Source: Bacilli bacterium
Lineage (GTDB): Bacteria > Bacillota_I > Bacilli_A > RF39 > UBA660
Length of the DNA stretch: 64,000 nt
Assembly: GCA_017541325.1 (NCBI GenBank)
Contig: JAFXZI010000012.1
Span: forward strand, 72,831-136,830
Direction of reading: 5' to 3'
The notes under the pieces: model-generated
What the model was told of the DNA's origin: nothing
The model's input: only the letters and a program-made list of their open reading frames with translations
The model's database searches: none
Made by a program: the position numbers and the translations under genes
Shown here: positions 7,276 to 16,925 of the stretch, one piece after another
How positions within the stretch are numbered: position 1 is the first letter of the stretch
Layout of the letters: each line of letters begins with the position of its first letter

Positions 7276-9930
7276 TTTATTCCCTAAATCACCATCTGTA
7301 GTCTTCGTTTTTGTTTGAACAATTTCTTTAAATAATTCATTAGCTGTATCATTTGTTTCAACTGTTCGACTTAATAAACGTAATACTGGTTCTAAAACAT
7401 CTCGATTTTCTAATATATTTTCAAAATGGGATTCCTTACCAAAAATTAAATTATAATACTTTTCTATAAATCCTTTTATATTATTATTGGAAAAGCTTGG
7501 TTTACTAGGAGGTGCAAGTAAATTATAATCTTCTTCAGTTTCAACAAATCTCTTTATATCTATATTTCTTAATTCGTCTAAACGATTTGATGAATTACTA
7601 TTTATCTCATCTTCTACAAATTGTTCTGTAACAAGTGTTATTTCTATGCTTCCATATACTTTAGATTCAAGTAAAAACAACAATCTTTTAGCAATTGCAA
7701 TAGATTTAATAGAACCTTCATCATATAAGTCACTTGCAATCTTTAAAACTTCCATTGCAATCATACTTTTCTCATCATAAGTTCTATCATGTTCATATCT
7801 AGCTATTCTATCTATTTCTATTCTTACTTTTTCTTTTTCACTACTTGTACCATATAGTCTATCTTCTTCTTTTATTGCTTCTACAAAAGATTTAGGTTTA
7901 GGTCGTGCTGTTCTTTTACGAATCTCTGGTTCAATAGTATCTCTTATACGTTTATAACGAGCAAGAGCTTCAGGAGTAATAGCGCCTACTTTAGTAGCGT
8001 GTTTTGCTAAATAATCTCCTTCACTTTTAATAACCCATCCAAGGCTAGAGTCTCCGTCACTCGAACCTCTATCACTACCTTTATCTCCACTATCTCCTGG
8101 TCCAATATCTCCACCTTTACTACTACCATCGCGATCATCAGCTAAATTTTGTTCTTGAAGAAGAGAAGATAAATACATACCACCGCCATCAGTAGATAAA
8201 ACAACTGGTATACCATTTTCTCTATAAAAATCTAAAGGTACATCTTTTAGAGCTGAAATATTAGATAATGCCATATTAGAACTAATATTAACTTCTACTA
8301 CTGCATGCATTTCTTTTAATAAATCAACAAGTTCTGGACATTCTCTAATATTTACTCCATGGCCAATTCTAATTGTTGGTGGAGGAATTTTAATTGGCTC
8401 ATCTCCAAACATTCCTTCACATTTTTTATTTATTAATTCTATAGCACTTTTTATAGCTAGTAATGTCAACAAAACATTATCAGTAGCTTCAACATATTCT
8501 CCTGCATGTATTCTTAAAACACTATTAGGAAACATATGAAGTACAGGAAGAATCAATGCCATTTTATCTGTAAAAGGGGTAACTTCTAAGGGAGTATCAT
8601 CCTTTTCATTTCCCATTATATCTACACCAACAATTTTACCAGATTTTAAATAAGATAATAATTTATCTGCACTAAATCCATATAATGGATCTGTTGCTTC
8701 TATATCTCCTTGTACTAAAGCATGAAACGCATCAATTGAATCCGTTCTATTTATGCTATATAAAAGATTAAATCTTGGATCATTAGGATATTTAGCTGCT
8801 ATAGCTTGAAGTGTTACAAAATTTGAAAAACTAATTTCAGAATAATGAACACCTTCTCTTTCAAATTTTTCTAAACATCTTTCAAAGTAGTCTAAATATA
8901 CATGTTTTTCTAAATGTTTAATAAGGATTTCAGTTCTTTTAGCATTAATTGCATCTAATATTTCGCTTTTTTTATGTGTTTGTTCATTAGAATTTAAAGG
9001 ATTAAGAATTCCTATTAACTCTTCCTTCCAGTTATTAAAAGGCATATATAAGGCGCTACTAGAATCGCCCTTTTTATATGGCTCTATTTTTTGAAGCATT
9101 AATAACAATAAATTTCTACCCAAAGCAGATATTCTTTTTTCTTCATACATCTTTTTTAATTCTTCAGTAACCTTCTCCTTGAATCCTTCTGTATCACCAG
9201 CAAAATATTGTCTCCCATATTTTCTAAATATTTGTTGAACATCTTTAGCTGCTATTTTTAAATCATCATATGTTTCAAAGAACAATCTGTCAGGATCATC
9301 TTCTGGCATAGAACGAACATGAGCTTCAGCACATTGAGACATTAATTCTCTTCTTTGATTATTTGCTGCTGTTAACTCAGCAAAATGTACTATTTCATCC
9401 CTTTTAATAGACATCGATAATTTAAACTCAGGAGTAATATTGATTCCATATCTTTTTGCAAATACTTCTAATTCATCTGGATTTAAAATTTCTATAAAAT
9501 GCGTATGAAGTTCAGTATGTATTTTTTGTTCACTATCCCATTCTCTTCTTAAAAATCTTTCAATATCAGATTGTCTCTTAATTATTCTTTCATATATAGA
9601 TGGATACTTTTCCTTTATTTCACCTTCAATAGCTTGATAGAATTTTATTAAATCAATATGTCCTGTTCCTTGATATAATTGCCTATAATATTCATGATAG
9701 ACACTTAATACACGAAGTTCTGTTGTAGTTATAGGATTGGTAGTAACTCTACCATTTGAAATTGTAAAAACTACCATATTTCCTATTTTTCCTATTATAT
9801 TTCCTGGATTAACACTATCTATATCAATAAAATCAAGCAAAAAACCTAAATCAGATGATTTAGCTGTCAACTTTTGTGTTATAGGATCATAATATATTAT
9901 GCTTCCTTGATCATTTAATACTATATCCAT
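7267..9930 (-). CDS. large adenosine/AMP deaminase-fold (amidohydrolase) protein, RdrB-like, with a Gly/Ser/Asp-rich linker and a C-terminal ~270-aa domain of unknown function
   Basis: 887 aa. The deaminase motifs appear in canonical order: KIHTELHTHF (HxH), LRIHAGEY (HAGE), RIGHGVNI, EVNISSNMAL (CPxSN-like) and VVLSTDGGGMY (SLNTDDP-like). An insertion of about 330 aa separates HxH from HAGE. An AGGAGG RBS lies 9 nt after the upstream stop. Confidence 0.7.
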   Translation of the reverse strand: MDIVLNDQGSIIYYDPITQKLTAKSSDLGFLLDFIDIDSVNPGNIIGKIGNMVVFTISNGRVTTNPITTTELRVLSVYHEYYRQLYQGTGHIDLIKFYQAIEGEIKEKYPSIYERIIKRQSDIERFLRREWDSEQKIHTELHTHFIEILNPDELEVFAKRYGINITPEFKLSMSIKRDEIVHFAELTAANNQRRELMSQCAEAHVRSMPEDDPDRLFFETYDDLKIAAKDVQQIFRKYGRQYFAGDTEGFKEKVTEELKKMYEEKRISALGRNLLLLMLQKIEPYKKGDSSSALYMPFNNWKEELIGILNPLNSNEQTHKKSEILDAINAKRTEILIKHLEKHVYLDYFERCLEKFEREGVHYSEISFSNFVTLQAIAAKYPNDPRFNLLYSINRTDSIDAFHALVQGDIEATDPLYGFSADKLLSYLKSGKIVGVDIMGNEKDDTPLEVTPFTDKMALILPVLHMFPNSVLRIHAGEYVEATDNVLLTLLAIKSAIELINKKCEGMFGDEPIKIPPPTIRIGHGVNIRECPELVDLLKEMHAVVEVNISSNMALSNISALKDVPLDFYRENGIPVVLSTDGGGMYLSSLLQEQNLADDRDGSSKGGDIGPGDSGDKGSDRGSSDGDSSLGWVIKSEGDYLAKHATKVGAITPEALARYKRIRDTIEPEIRKRTARPKPKSFVEAIKEEDRLYGTSSEKEKVRIEIDRIARYEHDRTYDEKSMIAMEVLKIASDLYDEGSIKSIAIAKRLLFLLESKVYGSIEITLVTEQFVEDEINSNSSNRLDELRNIDIKRFVETEEDYNLLAPPSKPSFSNNNIKGFIEKYYNLIFGKESHFENILENRDVLEPVLRLLSRTVETNDTANELFKEIVQTKTKTTDGDLGNKTK

Positions 9931-9939
9931 AAAAACCTC

Positions 9940-10665
9940 CTATTTAGATTTTGATTCAATTTCTATATTAGTTTCTTGATTATTTATCAATTCATTTCTT
10001 AAACTAATTAATTCTCTTTTTTCCTGAGCTAGTTTACTAGATCTATCTTCTCCGTTATTTGTTGTAGAAGTACTAACTGAAACTTCTCTTTTAGAATCAT
10101 TAATATTAAGAATATCTTCTCTATTTCTTTTCTTATCTGTTAAGTTGAAACTAATATCATACATTTTATGTTTTTTGTTTTTAAACAAATCCTTAAAATT
10201 ACCTAAAAGTATTCTTTCAGATATTAATCTACTCTTTCCTGATTCTTTATATTCTAAATTTTCTATATATCCATTTTTTTGTAATTTTTTAAGTAAACTT
10301 AAAGTTAATATTTGACTTCTTGTATGATATTGCTTTTTAACTCCATCTTTATCCTTTTCATCAAGTTCTACAAACATATTTAAAGCTTCTTCAGTAAATT
10401 GTTTTTGTTTATCACTTTTAGATAATAAAGATAAAAATCTAAGTGGCCTAGATAAAGTGTTTTGATGTATTTTACCATCTCTTGTTACAGAAAATATTGA
10501 ATTCTTAATACTATTTCCTTTAATATCATCTAATAATTTAGATGCAGGAATAAAAGCTACTAAAGTTAGACCTATTCCTAAGGGAATACTTCCTATACCT
10601 ATACCAACTACAGCAAGTGCTAACAATTCAATTGAATGTACTGTTCCATTCAATATATCTTTCAT
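9940..10665 (-). CDS. small membrane protein with an N-terminal TM hairpin and charged helical C-terminus (co-operonic partner of the deaminase)
   Basis: 241 aa. LLALAVVGIGIGSIPLGIGLTLVAFIPA is a Gly-zipper TM hairpin. The remainder is K/E-rich and likely helical. Its stop is 9 nt from the deaminase start. An extended -10 (TGtTATACT) lies upstream. Confidence 0.55.
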   Translation of the reverse strand: MKDILNGTVHSIELLALAVVGIGIGSIPLGIGLTLVAFIPASKLLDDIKGNSIKNSIFSVTRDGKIHQNTLSRPLRFLSLLSKSDKQKQFTEEALNMFVELDEKDKDGVKKQYHTRSQILTLSLLKKLQKNGYIENLEYKESGKSRLISERILLGNFKDLFKNKKHKMYDISFNLTDKKRNREDILNINDSKREVSVSTSTTNNGEDRSSKLAQEKRELISLRNELINNQETNIEIESKSK

Positions 10666-10735
10666 ATAACCACTATCCTAATTAAAGTATAACATAGTAT
10701 TGTTTATAATAAATAATGATTTACTTTTTTAGACA

Positions 10736-10772
10736 ACAAAAAAACCAACTTATCATCGTTGGTTTTCCTGGC
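10736..10772 (-). terminator. rho-independent terminator (minus strand)
   Basis: Minus-strand reading is GGAAAACCAACGATGATAAGTTGGTTTTTTTT: a 9-bp stem, an 8-nt loop and a U-run. It insulates the deaminase operon from upstream transcription. Confidence 0.6.
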
Positions 10773-11179
10773 AAATATGCATATAAATACAATTCATGCA
10801 TTAATTATAAATATATGTTTACACTGAATTAGACTTTGATATGTCAACACCCATCATTTTCTATTTGCTAAAAGTAATGGCTTAATGGGATTAATACTCA
10901 GTCATTTACTATTATTATAACCATCCCCTAGGTTCCTTTGATCAAAACAATCATAATTATAAATAGCTGTATACAAATTACCTCGTATTAACTGTGTACC
11001 ATTAACAACGATGTTGCTTTAACAACATCATTCACTGTTATTATGGTAGATATAATACTATTTGTAATATAGAGTTTCCATTTTTACTTATATACTATTG
11101 CGTATATATGTTTTCGTGGGCTTATATATTTAGGTATATATAGTTTTTATTACGTATATATATCTTTTTACTATTCTAT

Positions 11180-11262
11180 GGTTTTTCCATTATATAGTTT
11201 TGTGTTTTCATATTTCTATTACTAGCACTTTTTCCATTTTCACATTTCTGTTACTAGTGGTT
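11180..11262. repeat. imperfect direct repeats in an AT-rich non-coding spacer
   Basis: ttttcatatttctattactagcac (11205-11228) and ttttcacatttctgttactagtgg (11237-11260) match at 20 of 24 positions. Each is preceded by tttttccatt. TATATAT-rich tracts lie just upstream. Confidence 0.4.
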
Positions 11263-11378
11263 GTATTACATCTATTCTAATAACAATTACAATATACTAC
11301 ATTATTTTTATAATTACTAGTCTTTTTTTAAAATTTGTAAAACTTTACGTCAATTACAAAAAAAGAAATAACTATTTG

Positions 11379-11630
11379 TTATTTCTTTTCCCATATTTTT
11401 CTTATTAATCCTAATGATAATGTTGATAATGTAAAACCTATTACAGGAACTAAAGAACTAAAATAAATATTATTATATTTACTTATTACATATGAATATA
11501 TAAGTACTATTATGTAAGTAAGTATCATTATACATATTCTTCTAGTCCAACTAGTTTCCCATTTTTTATCTAGTTCTACTCTTTTATTTCTTGCTTCAAT
11601 ATTATCAATTCTTTTTTCTAAATCTTTCAT
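11379..11630 (-). CDS. small membrane protein (hypothetical), translationally coupled to thrS
   Basis: Its ATG overlaps the thrS TGA as ATGA. It has a coiled-coil N-terminus and two TM segments. 83 aa. Confidence 0.4.
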   Translation of the reverse strand: MKDLEKRIDNIEARNKRVELDKKWETSWTRRICIMILTYIIVLIYSYVISKYNNIYFSSLVPVIGFTLSTLSLGLIRKIWEKK

Positions 11631-13390
11631 TTATTTAATTCTCTATTTTTTATTTCTTTATTAATTCTATTTATAAATTCATCTACAGGTATTGTAGTAG
11701 TTTCTTTTTCTCCAAACAATCTAAATGATACTGTATTAGATTCTTTTTCTTTATCTCCTAAAATTAATGTATATGGAATCTTCATAGTTTGAGATTCTCT
11801 CATCTTATAAGATAGTTTTTCATCTCTACTATCTAATTTTACACGTACATCTTCTTTTAATAACTTTTCATATATTTCTTTTGCATATTCCATATGATAT
11901 TCATTATTAACTGGAATTACATTTACTTGAACTGGTGAAAGCCATAAAGGAAGTGCTCCTTTAGTTTCTTCTAATATAAATGCAGTAAATCTATCGAATG
12001 TACCAAATATTGCTCTATGTATTACTACAGGAGTTTGTTTTTCTCCATTGGAATCAATATAACTTAAATCAAATCTTCTAGGAAGTAGAAAATCTAATTG
12101 ACAAGTAGAAAGTGTTACTTCAGGTCCAACAGCTGGTTTTACTTCTACATCTAGTTTTGGTCCATAGAATGCTGCTTCTCCTTCTGCTTCTACATAATCG
12201 CATCCATATTCATCTAATACTTCCCTTAATTTGTTTTCTGCAGTATTCCACATTTCATCGTCATCAAAATATTTTTCTTTATCATTCTTATCTCTTAAAG
12301 ATAGTCTAAACTTATAATCATTAAGTCCAAAATCTTTATAGACATCAAGTATTAATCCAACTACTTTTTTAAATTCTTCTCCTATTTGATCAGGTCTTAC
12401 AAATAGATGGGCATCATTTTGACACATACATCTAACTCTTTCAAGTCCTTTTACTGCTCCACTAGCTTCATATCTAAAATCAGCAGCAAACTCACCTATT
12501 CTAATTGGAAGTTCACGATAAGAATGTAATTCATTAGCATATATTAACATATGATGAGGACAGTTCATTGGACGTAGTACAAACTCTTCTTCATCTACTT
12601 TCATTGATGGAAACATATTTTCTTTATAATGATCCCAGTGTCCTGAAGTTTTATATAAATCAACTGTTCCTACACATGGAGTATATACATGTAGATATCC
12701 CATTTTTCTTTCTTTATCATAAATATAATTTTCAAGTTGTTTTCTAATAATTGCTCCATTAGGTAACCATAAAGGCATTCCTTTACCTACTAAATCATGT
12801 ACCATAAATATAGATAAATCTTTACCTATTTTTCTATGATCTCTTGCTTTAGCTTCTTCTATTTCTTTTAAGTGTGCTTCTAAGTCTTCTGGATTATCAT
12901 AACAAACTCCATATATTCTTTGAAGCATTTTGTTTTTGGAGTCACCCTTCCAATAAGCACCAGATACTTTTAATAATTTGAAATTCTTAAGTAATTTAGT
13001 GTTTTCAACGTGTGGTCCACGACATAAATCAGTAAAATCTCCTTGAGTGTAACAACTTATTACATTTTCATTTTCATCCATTCTACTAATTAAATCTATT
13101 TTATATGGATCATCTTTAAACATAGATAGTGCATCACTCTTAGATATTTCATGTCTAATTATATTTTTAGCATCTTTACTACATTTTTTCATTTCTCTTT
13201 CTATACGTTCTAAATCTTCTTCTTTTATAACATTATCACCTAAATCAATGTCATAATAGAACCCATCTTCTATTACAGGTCCTACCCAGAATTTAGCATC
13301 TGGATATAAATGTTTTACTGCTTGTGCAAGTAAGTGAGCACAAGAATGATTTAATTTATTTAATTCTTCATTTTCTTTTATATTAATCAT
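11627..13390 (-). CDS. thrS: threonine--tRNA ligase
   Basis: Carries the editing-domain [10 protein letters not shown] motif, class II aaRS core motifs and a C-terminal anticodon-binding domain. Start corrected to MINIK (GGAGG RBS). No N-terminal TGS domain is present. Confidence 0.9.
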   Translation of the reverse strand: MINIKENEELNKLNHSCAHLLAQAVKHLYPDAKFWVGPVIEDGFYYDIDLGDNVIKEEDLERIEREMKKCSKDAKNIIRHEISKSDALSMFKDDPYKIDLISRMDENENVISCYTQGDFTDLCRGPHVENTKLLKNFKLLKVSGAYWKGDSKNKMLQRIYGVCYDNPEDLEAHLKEIEEAKARDHRKIGKDLSIFMVHDLVGKGMPLWLPNGAIIRKQLENYIYDKERKMGYLHVYTPCVGTVDLYKTSGHWDHYKENMFPSMKVDEEEFVLRPMNCPHHMLIYANELHSYRELPIRIGEFAADFRYEASGAVKGLERVRCMCQNDAHLFVRPDQIGEEFKKVVGLILDVYKDFGLNDYKFRLSLRDKNDKEKYFDDDEMWNTAENKLREVLDEYGCDYVEAEGEAAFYGPKLDVEVKPAVGPEVTLSTCQLDFLLPRRFDLSYIDSNGEKQTPVVIHRAIFGTFDRFTAFILEETKGALPLWLSPVQVNVIPVNNEYHMEYAKEIYEKLLKEDVRVKLDSRDEKLSYKMRESQTMKIPYTLILGDKEKESNTVSFRLFGEKETTTIPVDEFINRINKEIKNRELNK

Positions 13391-13835
13391 AATTACCTCC
13401 ATTAAATTTTATTACTTTACTTCTTCCTTTTTCAAAATCTATTACTTTTGGAACACTTTCTTCATAATCTAAATAACTATTAAAAAAATCTACATATTTT
13501 GCTCTAGCTGTTTCATATACTGTTGGATTTTGATTCTTTAATAATTCTACTATTGCATCAATTGAAGATACTTCTTCCAAATATTCACTATATATATCTG
13601 GTACAGGATTAAATGCAATTACTGGATTAAAACTATTTAGTTTTTTAGCTATTAAGTATTCAAATTCATCTTTTTTCTTTCTATCATTTTCACTTTTCCA
13701 AAAATTGATTATTAACCATCCCGGAAAGGTTGTAACTTTTTCAGCTAAATAGTCTTCTTTACCTAAGGTTCGTTTAGACGACCTTAAAACACGAACTGCA
13801 GTACACATATTACTTACGCTTCGTTCAAGTTCCAT
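13383..13835 (-). CDS. hypothetical protein encoded between the T-box leader and thrS
   Basis: 150 aa from the ATG at 13835, which has an AAAGGAGTG RBS placed immediately after the T-box terminator. It ends 6 nt before the thrS ATG. I found no recognisable motifs. Confidence 0.5.
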   Translation of the reverse strand: MELERSVSNMCTAVRVLRSSKRTLGKEDYLAEKVTTFPGWLIINFWKSENDRKKKDEFEYLIAKKLNSFNPVIAFNPVPDIYSEYLEEVSSIDAIVELLKNQNPTVYETARAKYVDFFNSYLDYEESVPKVIDFEKGRSKVIKFNGGNYD

Positions 13836-13854
13836 ACAATCACTCCTTTCCAAA

Positions 13855-14093
13855 TAAAAAACTCCTACAAAATGTAGGAGTGCATTAACACGGTACCATC
13901 CTTATGGTTTAACTTAATTATAATAACGGCTATACCGGGAATCCTATTAAGGTCCAACTCCGAGAAGAGTAACTTATTAATATTCATATCTAATTTCCAC
14001 CAACATAGATTCTCTATTTATCTTATTAATAAATCATATTTCTCATCAACGCATTTCAAATACAATTTTAACACATTTATTAATATTTACAAG
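13855..14093 (-). promoter_or_regulatory. sigmaA-type promoter plus T-box riboswitch leader (tRNA-sensing antitermination) controlling orf150-thrS
   Basis: On the minus strand the promoter is TTGTAA, a 16-nt spacer, then TAAAAT (14092 down to 14065). The T-box box GGATGGTACCGTG (rc of 13889-13901) compares with the consensus GGGTGGTACCGCG. It is followed by the terminator ACTCCTACattttGTAGGAGTTTTTT (13881 down to 13855). I saw a candidate GGACC specifier context but did not assign it. Confidence 0.65.
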
Positions 14094-14094
14094 T

Positions 14095-15954
14095 CTATTC
14101 TTTATTTACTCTACTATAATTTCTATTAACATATTCAATTGTCTTAACACGATGGTTCATATATTTTGCCATTTCTCGCATATTATCTTCATATTCACTT
14201 TGTTGCTCTTGATCTACTTCTCCAAAATAAAATGCATGTAGTGCTAGAGTTGCTAAAGAGTCTCCAAATAGAATTAAAGGAGATGTAACACGAGAATAAT
14301 GAATACCACCTAAAGCTTGATGAACTTGATTTGGATTAGTTGTATAAAATGATCTTCCTGGATTATTACTTAATTGTTTATATATTCCTCTTGTATCCTT
14401 ATCAGGAAGACTTTCAGGAGAGATTTTACCTAAATTATTAAAGTAAGCTTCTCTTTGACCATTGGCAATATATAAGAATGTTAATCCATTTTTAAACATA
14501 TAATTTGCAGTAGTCATATTAGTAAGCATCATAGAATATTGAACTAAACTACTACTTTCATTTTCTTCTGGAGATAATAACTCATCTTCTACATCTTCTG
14601 TTGTATCAAATCTCTTTCTTAATATATTATAAATATCAACTAAAGTTGAAACAGTAGAATCTATATCTGTAGAATATGTAGAAGATGTAATAAGTTCATC
14701 AGCTCCATGAAAAGTAAGATGTTGAGTAATATCTACCACTTCTTTTTTTATTCTAAAATGATCTAACATTACATTACCATCTTGATCAATTTCTAAGTAA
14801 TAACTAAGTGTTAAATTCTTTTTATCTTCTCTAAGACTAGCTAGGTCATATACTTCTTTTGGATATATATATATTGGTTTTCTACCTCCATATACAGTTC
14901 TTGTTCTCTTAAATGCTTCATCTATTAATTCTTTATATGGTCCTAGAAAACTCATTGGATCAGAAATATGTACTCCAAGTAAAAAATTACCATTAGATAG
15001 TTTTTTAGCTGATAATCCATCGTCTAATACAACTGCACCTTCTCCATCAATTGTAATAATGCATTCATCATTATGATCTCTTTTTTCTACTTCTTCAAAA
15101 TAGCTATTTAACAATCCGTTTTTTACAATAAATGTAACATCATACGAAAAATCTCTATGAATATCAGTAGCTAATTCCATATCTTCTTCTGATATTTTTG
15201 AATCACGTTGCATTATATTATCAACTATTCTATTTACCCAAACCATATAATCCTTAACATGAGTATCATAGTCTTTTGATATAGCTCTATCTACAATTAT
15301 TAAACATTTTTGTTGAACTTCCGGAGTCAAAATATATTTACTTTCACTTGAAACTAATAATAGATTTAATATCTCATCCAAAAACAATAAATTATTACGA
15401 TTCTTAATACTATTTGTATTTTTAAACTCTGCTAGTTCTTCCATATACTTCTTACATATTTCTTCTGCAATACTAGTATCATCTGCACTAACAGAATTAA
15501 CTACATCTGGATAATCATTTATCATCCTTTTAATTAAACCTAAGTCTCTCGAGTTAAATACTACAAATCTTAATAATTTATACATTTGATTACTGTCTTT
15601 AAGACGTCTCTTGCTCTGTATAAGTCCAAGTTCTGATAAAGAGTTATGAATTTTTTTTATTTCTAAGTAATTAGGATCATCATTTTTTATATAGTCTGGT
15701 TTATTACTAAAAATATCTTCTATTTGAGCAATAATCGAACTAATTCTTTTATCAATAGTTGCTCTTTCTTTTTTTGTTGTTATTCTTCTATAAATAATTA
15801 TTTCATCTAAAAGGAGAGAAAGTCCTACACTATCTCCACTATATTTAAATTTATTAACTCCCTTTTTGAATTCTCTAATTATTTCATTTATTCTTCTAGA
15901 AGAATTGCGACTATGTTTTTGATTAATTGACTCTAACACTTCTAAATAATCCAT
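14095..15954 (-). CDS. RNB-domain exoribonuclease (RNase II/R family)
   Basis: ITIDGEGAVVLDDGLS fits the TIDxxxxxDxDDA motif I. LLGVHISDPMSF resembles the LGVHIADVSHF block of RNase R. I saw no obvious N-terminal cold-shock domain or C-terminal S1 domain. It starts 2 nt after the dnaI stop. Confidence 0.6.
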   Translation of the reverse strand: MDYLEVLESINQKHSRNSSRRINEIIREFKKGVNKFKYSGDSVGLSLLLDEIIIYRRITTKKERATIDKRISSIIAQIEDIFSNKPDYIKNDDPNYLEIKKIHNSLSELGLIQSKRRLKDSNQMYKLLRFVVFNSRDLGLIKRMINDYPDVVNSVSADDTSIAEEICKKYMEELAEFKNTNSIKNRNNLLFLDEILNLLLVSSESKYILTPEVQQKCLIIVDRAISKDYDTHVKDYMVWVNRIVDNIMQRDSKISEEDMELATDIHRDFSYDVTFIVKNGLLNSYFEEVEKRDHNDECIITIDGEGAVVLDDGLSAKKLSNGNFLLGVHISDPMSFLGPYKELIDEAFKRTRTVYGGRKPIYIYPKEVYDLASLREDKKNLTLSYYLEIDQDGNVMLDHFRIKKEVVDITQHLTFHGADELITSSTYSTDIDSTVSTLVDIYNILRKRFDTTEDVEDELLSPEENESSSLVQYSMMLTNMTTANYMFKNGLTFLYIANGQREAYFNNLGKISPESLPDKDTRGIYKQLSNNPGRSFYTTNPNQVHQALGGIHYSRVTSPLILFGDSLATLALHAFYFGEVDQEQQSEYEDNMREMAKYMNHRVKTIEYVNRNYSRVNKE

Positions 15955-15956
15955 AA

Positions 15957-16856
15957 CTAACTCCTGATATTTTTGCTTATTAACGCTACCGGATCAGCCA
16001 ATTTTTTTATTCTTTCTATAATTCTTCTTGCATTTATTTTATCTATACTTGTATTTTGTAAAACAAAGTGTTTCTCTAATTCTTCCATTGTTAGGTTAGA
16101 TGTAAAAAATGTTGGAAGATTTTCATTCATTCTGTGATGAAGAAGGGGTTCTAATACTTCATCTCTAGTCCAATTTGTTAAATATTCAGCTCCTATATCA
16201 TCAAGCACTAAGATAGGGACAGTTTTAAGCAAACTAAATTTATCTCTATAATCGGTATCTAATGATTCTTTTAAATCTCTTAACATTTCTGGAACATGGA
16301 CAATTATACTTTTAACATCTTTTTTTGCAAGTTCATTCATTAAAGCAGATATTATATATGTTTTACCTGATCCAAAAGAACCATATAAATAAATACCTTT
16401 ATCTCTTGTTTCAGTAAAATAATTAGTATAATAACTCTTTATCTTTTTTAATATTTCTACTCTATTAACATCATTAGTATAAATACTTGATAAAGAAGCA
16501 TCTCTAATTTCTTTTGGTATATCAAAAAGAGTAATATTATCTTTATATTCTTCTAGTTTAGTATATTTACAAGCAACATATCCAAATAATAGTTTTTTAC
16601 CTTTAGTGATTTCTGGAGTAAGTACGTAACCTCTAACATTATTTTTACACTCAAGTAGTCCACTACATTTAGAGCAATTACTACATTCAAAACTACATTC
16701 TTCTAAACGAGAAGTATATTTCATTAAAACATCTTCTGGTAAATCTAAAGTACTTATTAATTTTTTAAAATCTTTATCTTTTAAAGAATTAATAAATTCT
16801 TCTCTTAACTTGTTATCTAAACTAGTATTATTAATAATTTTATCAACTTTTTTCAT
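15957..16856 (-). CDS. dnaI: primosomal helicase loader DnaI (DnaC-like AAA+)
   Basis: The N-terminal zinc-binding domain has a Cys cluster (CSFECSNCSKCSGLLEC). The C-terminal AAA+ region has Walker A GSFGSGKTY and Walker B VLVLDDIG. Confidence 0.8.
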   Translation of the reverse strand: MKKVDKIINNTSLDNKLREEFINSLKDKDFKKLISTLDLPEDVLMKYTSRLEECSFECSNCSKCSGLLECKNNVRGYVLTPEITKGKKLLFGYVACKYTKLEEYKDNITLFDIPKEIRDASLSSIYTNDVNRVEILKKIKSYYTNYFTETRDKGIYLYGSFGSGKTYIISALMNELAKKDVKSIIVHVPEMLRDLKESLDTDYRDKFSLLKTVPILVLDDIGAEYLTNWTRDEVLEPLLHHRMNENLPTFFTSNLTMEELEKHFVLQNTSIDKINARRIIERIKKLADPVALISKNIRS

Positions 16857-16925
16857 AATACCACCAACCTAATTGTATCATATTTTATTATGTTTTTAAT
16901 AGATTATATAAAAATAATAAATAAA

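Noticed and set aside
7267-10665. Complete RADAR system
   Set aside because: No RdrA-like ATPase of 800-1000 aa with a P-loop is adjacent. Only the deaminase-fold gene and a small membrane protein are present. I call it RdrB-like, not RADAR.
10900-10950. tRNA-like GGTTCC / cccctaggttcc element in the AT-rich spacer
   Set aside because: There is no GTTCGANTCC T-loop consensus, no acceptor-stem complementarity and no cloverleaf. It is a chance match.
13383-13853. A frameshifted N-terminal TGS domain of ThrRS as the explanation for orf150
   Set aside because: The translation shows no TGS-like sequence. A strong RBS and ATG exist at 13835. thrS has its own GGAGG RBS and ATG.
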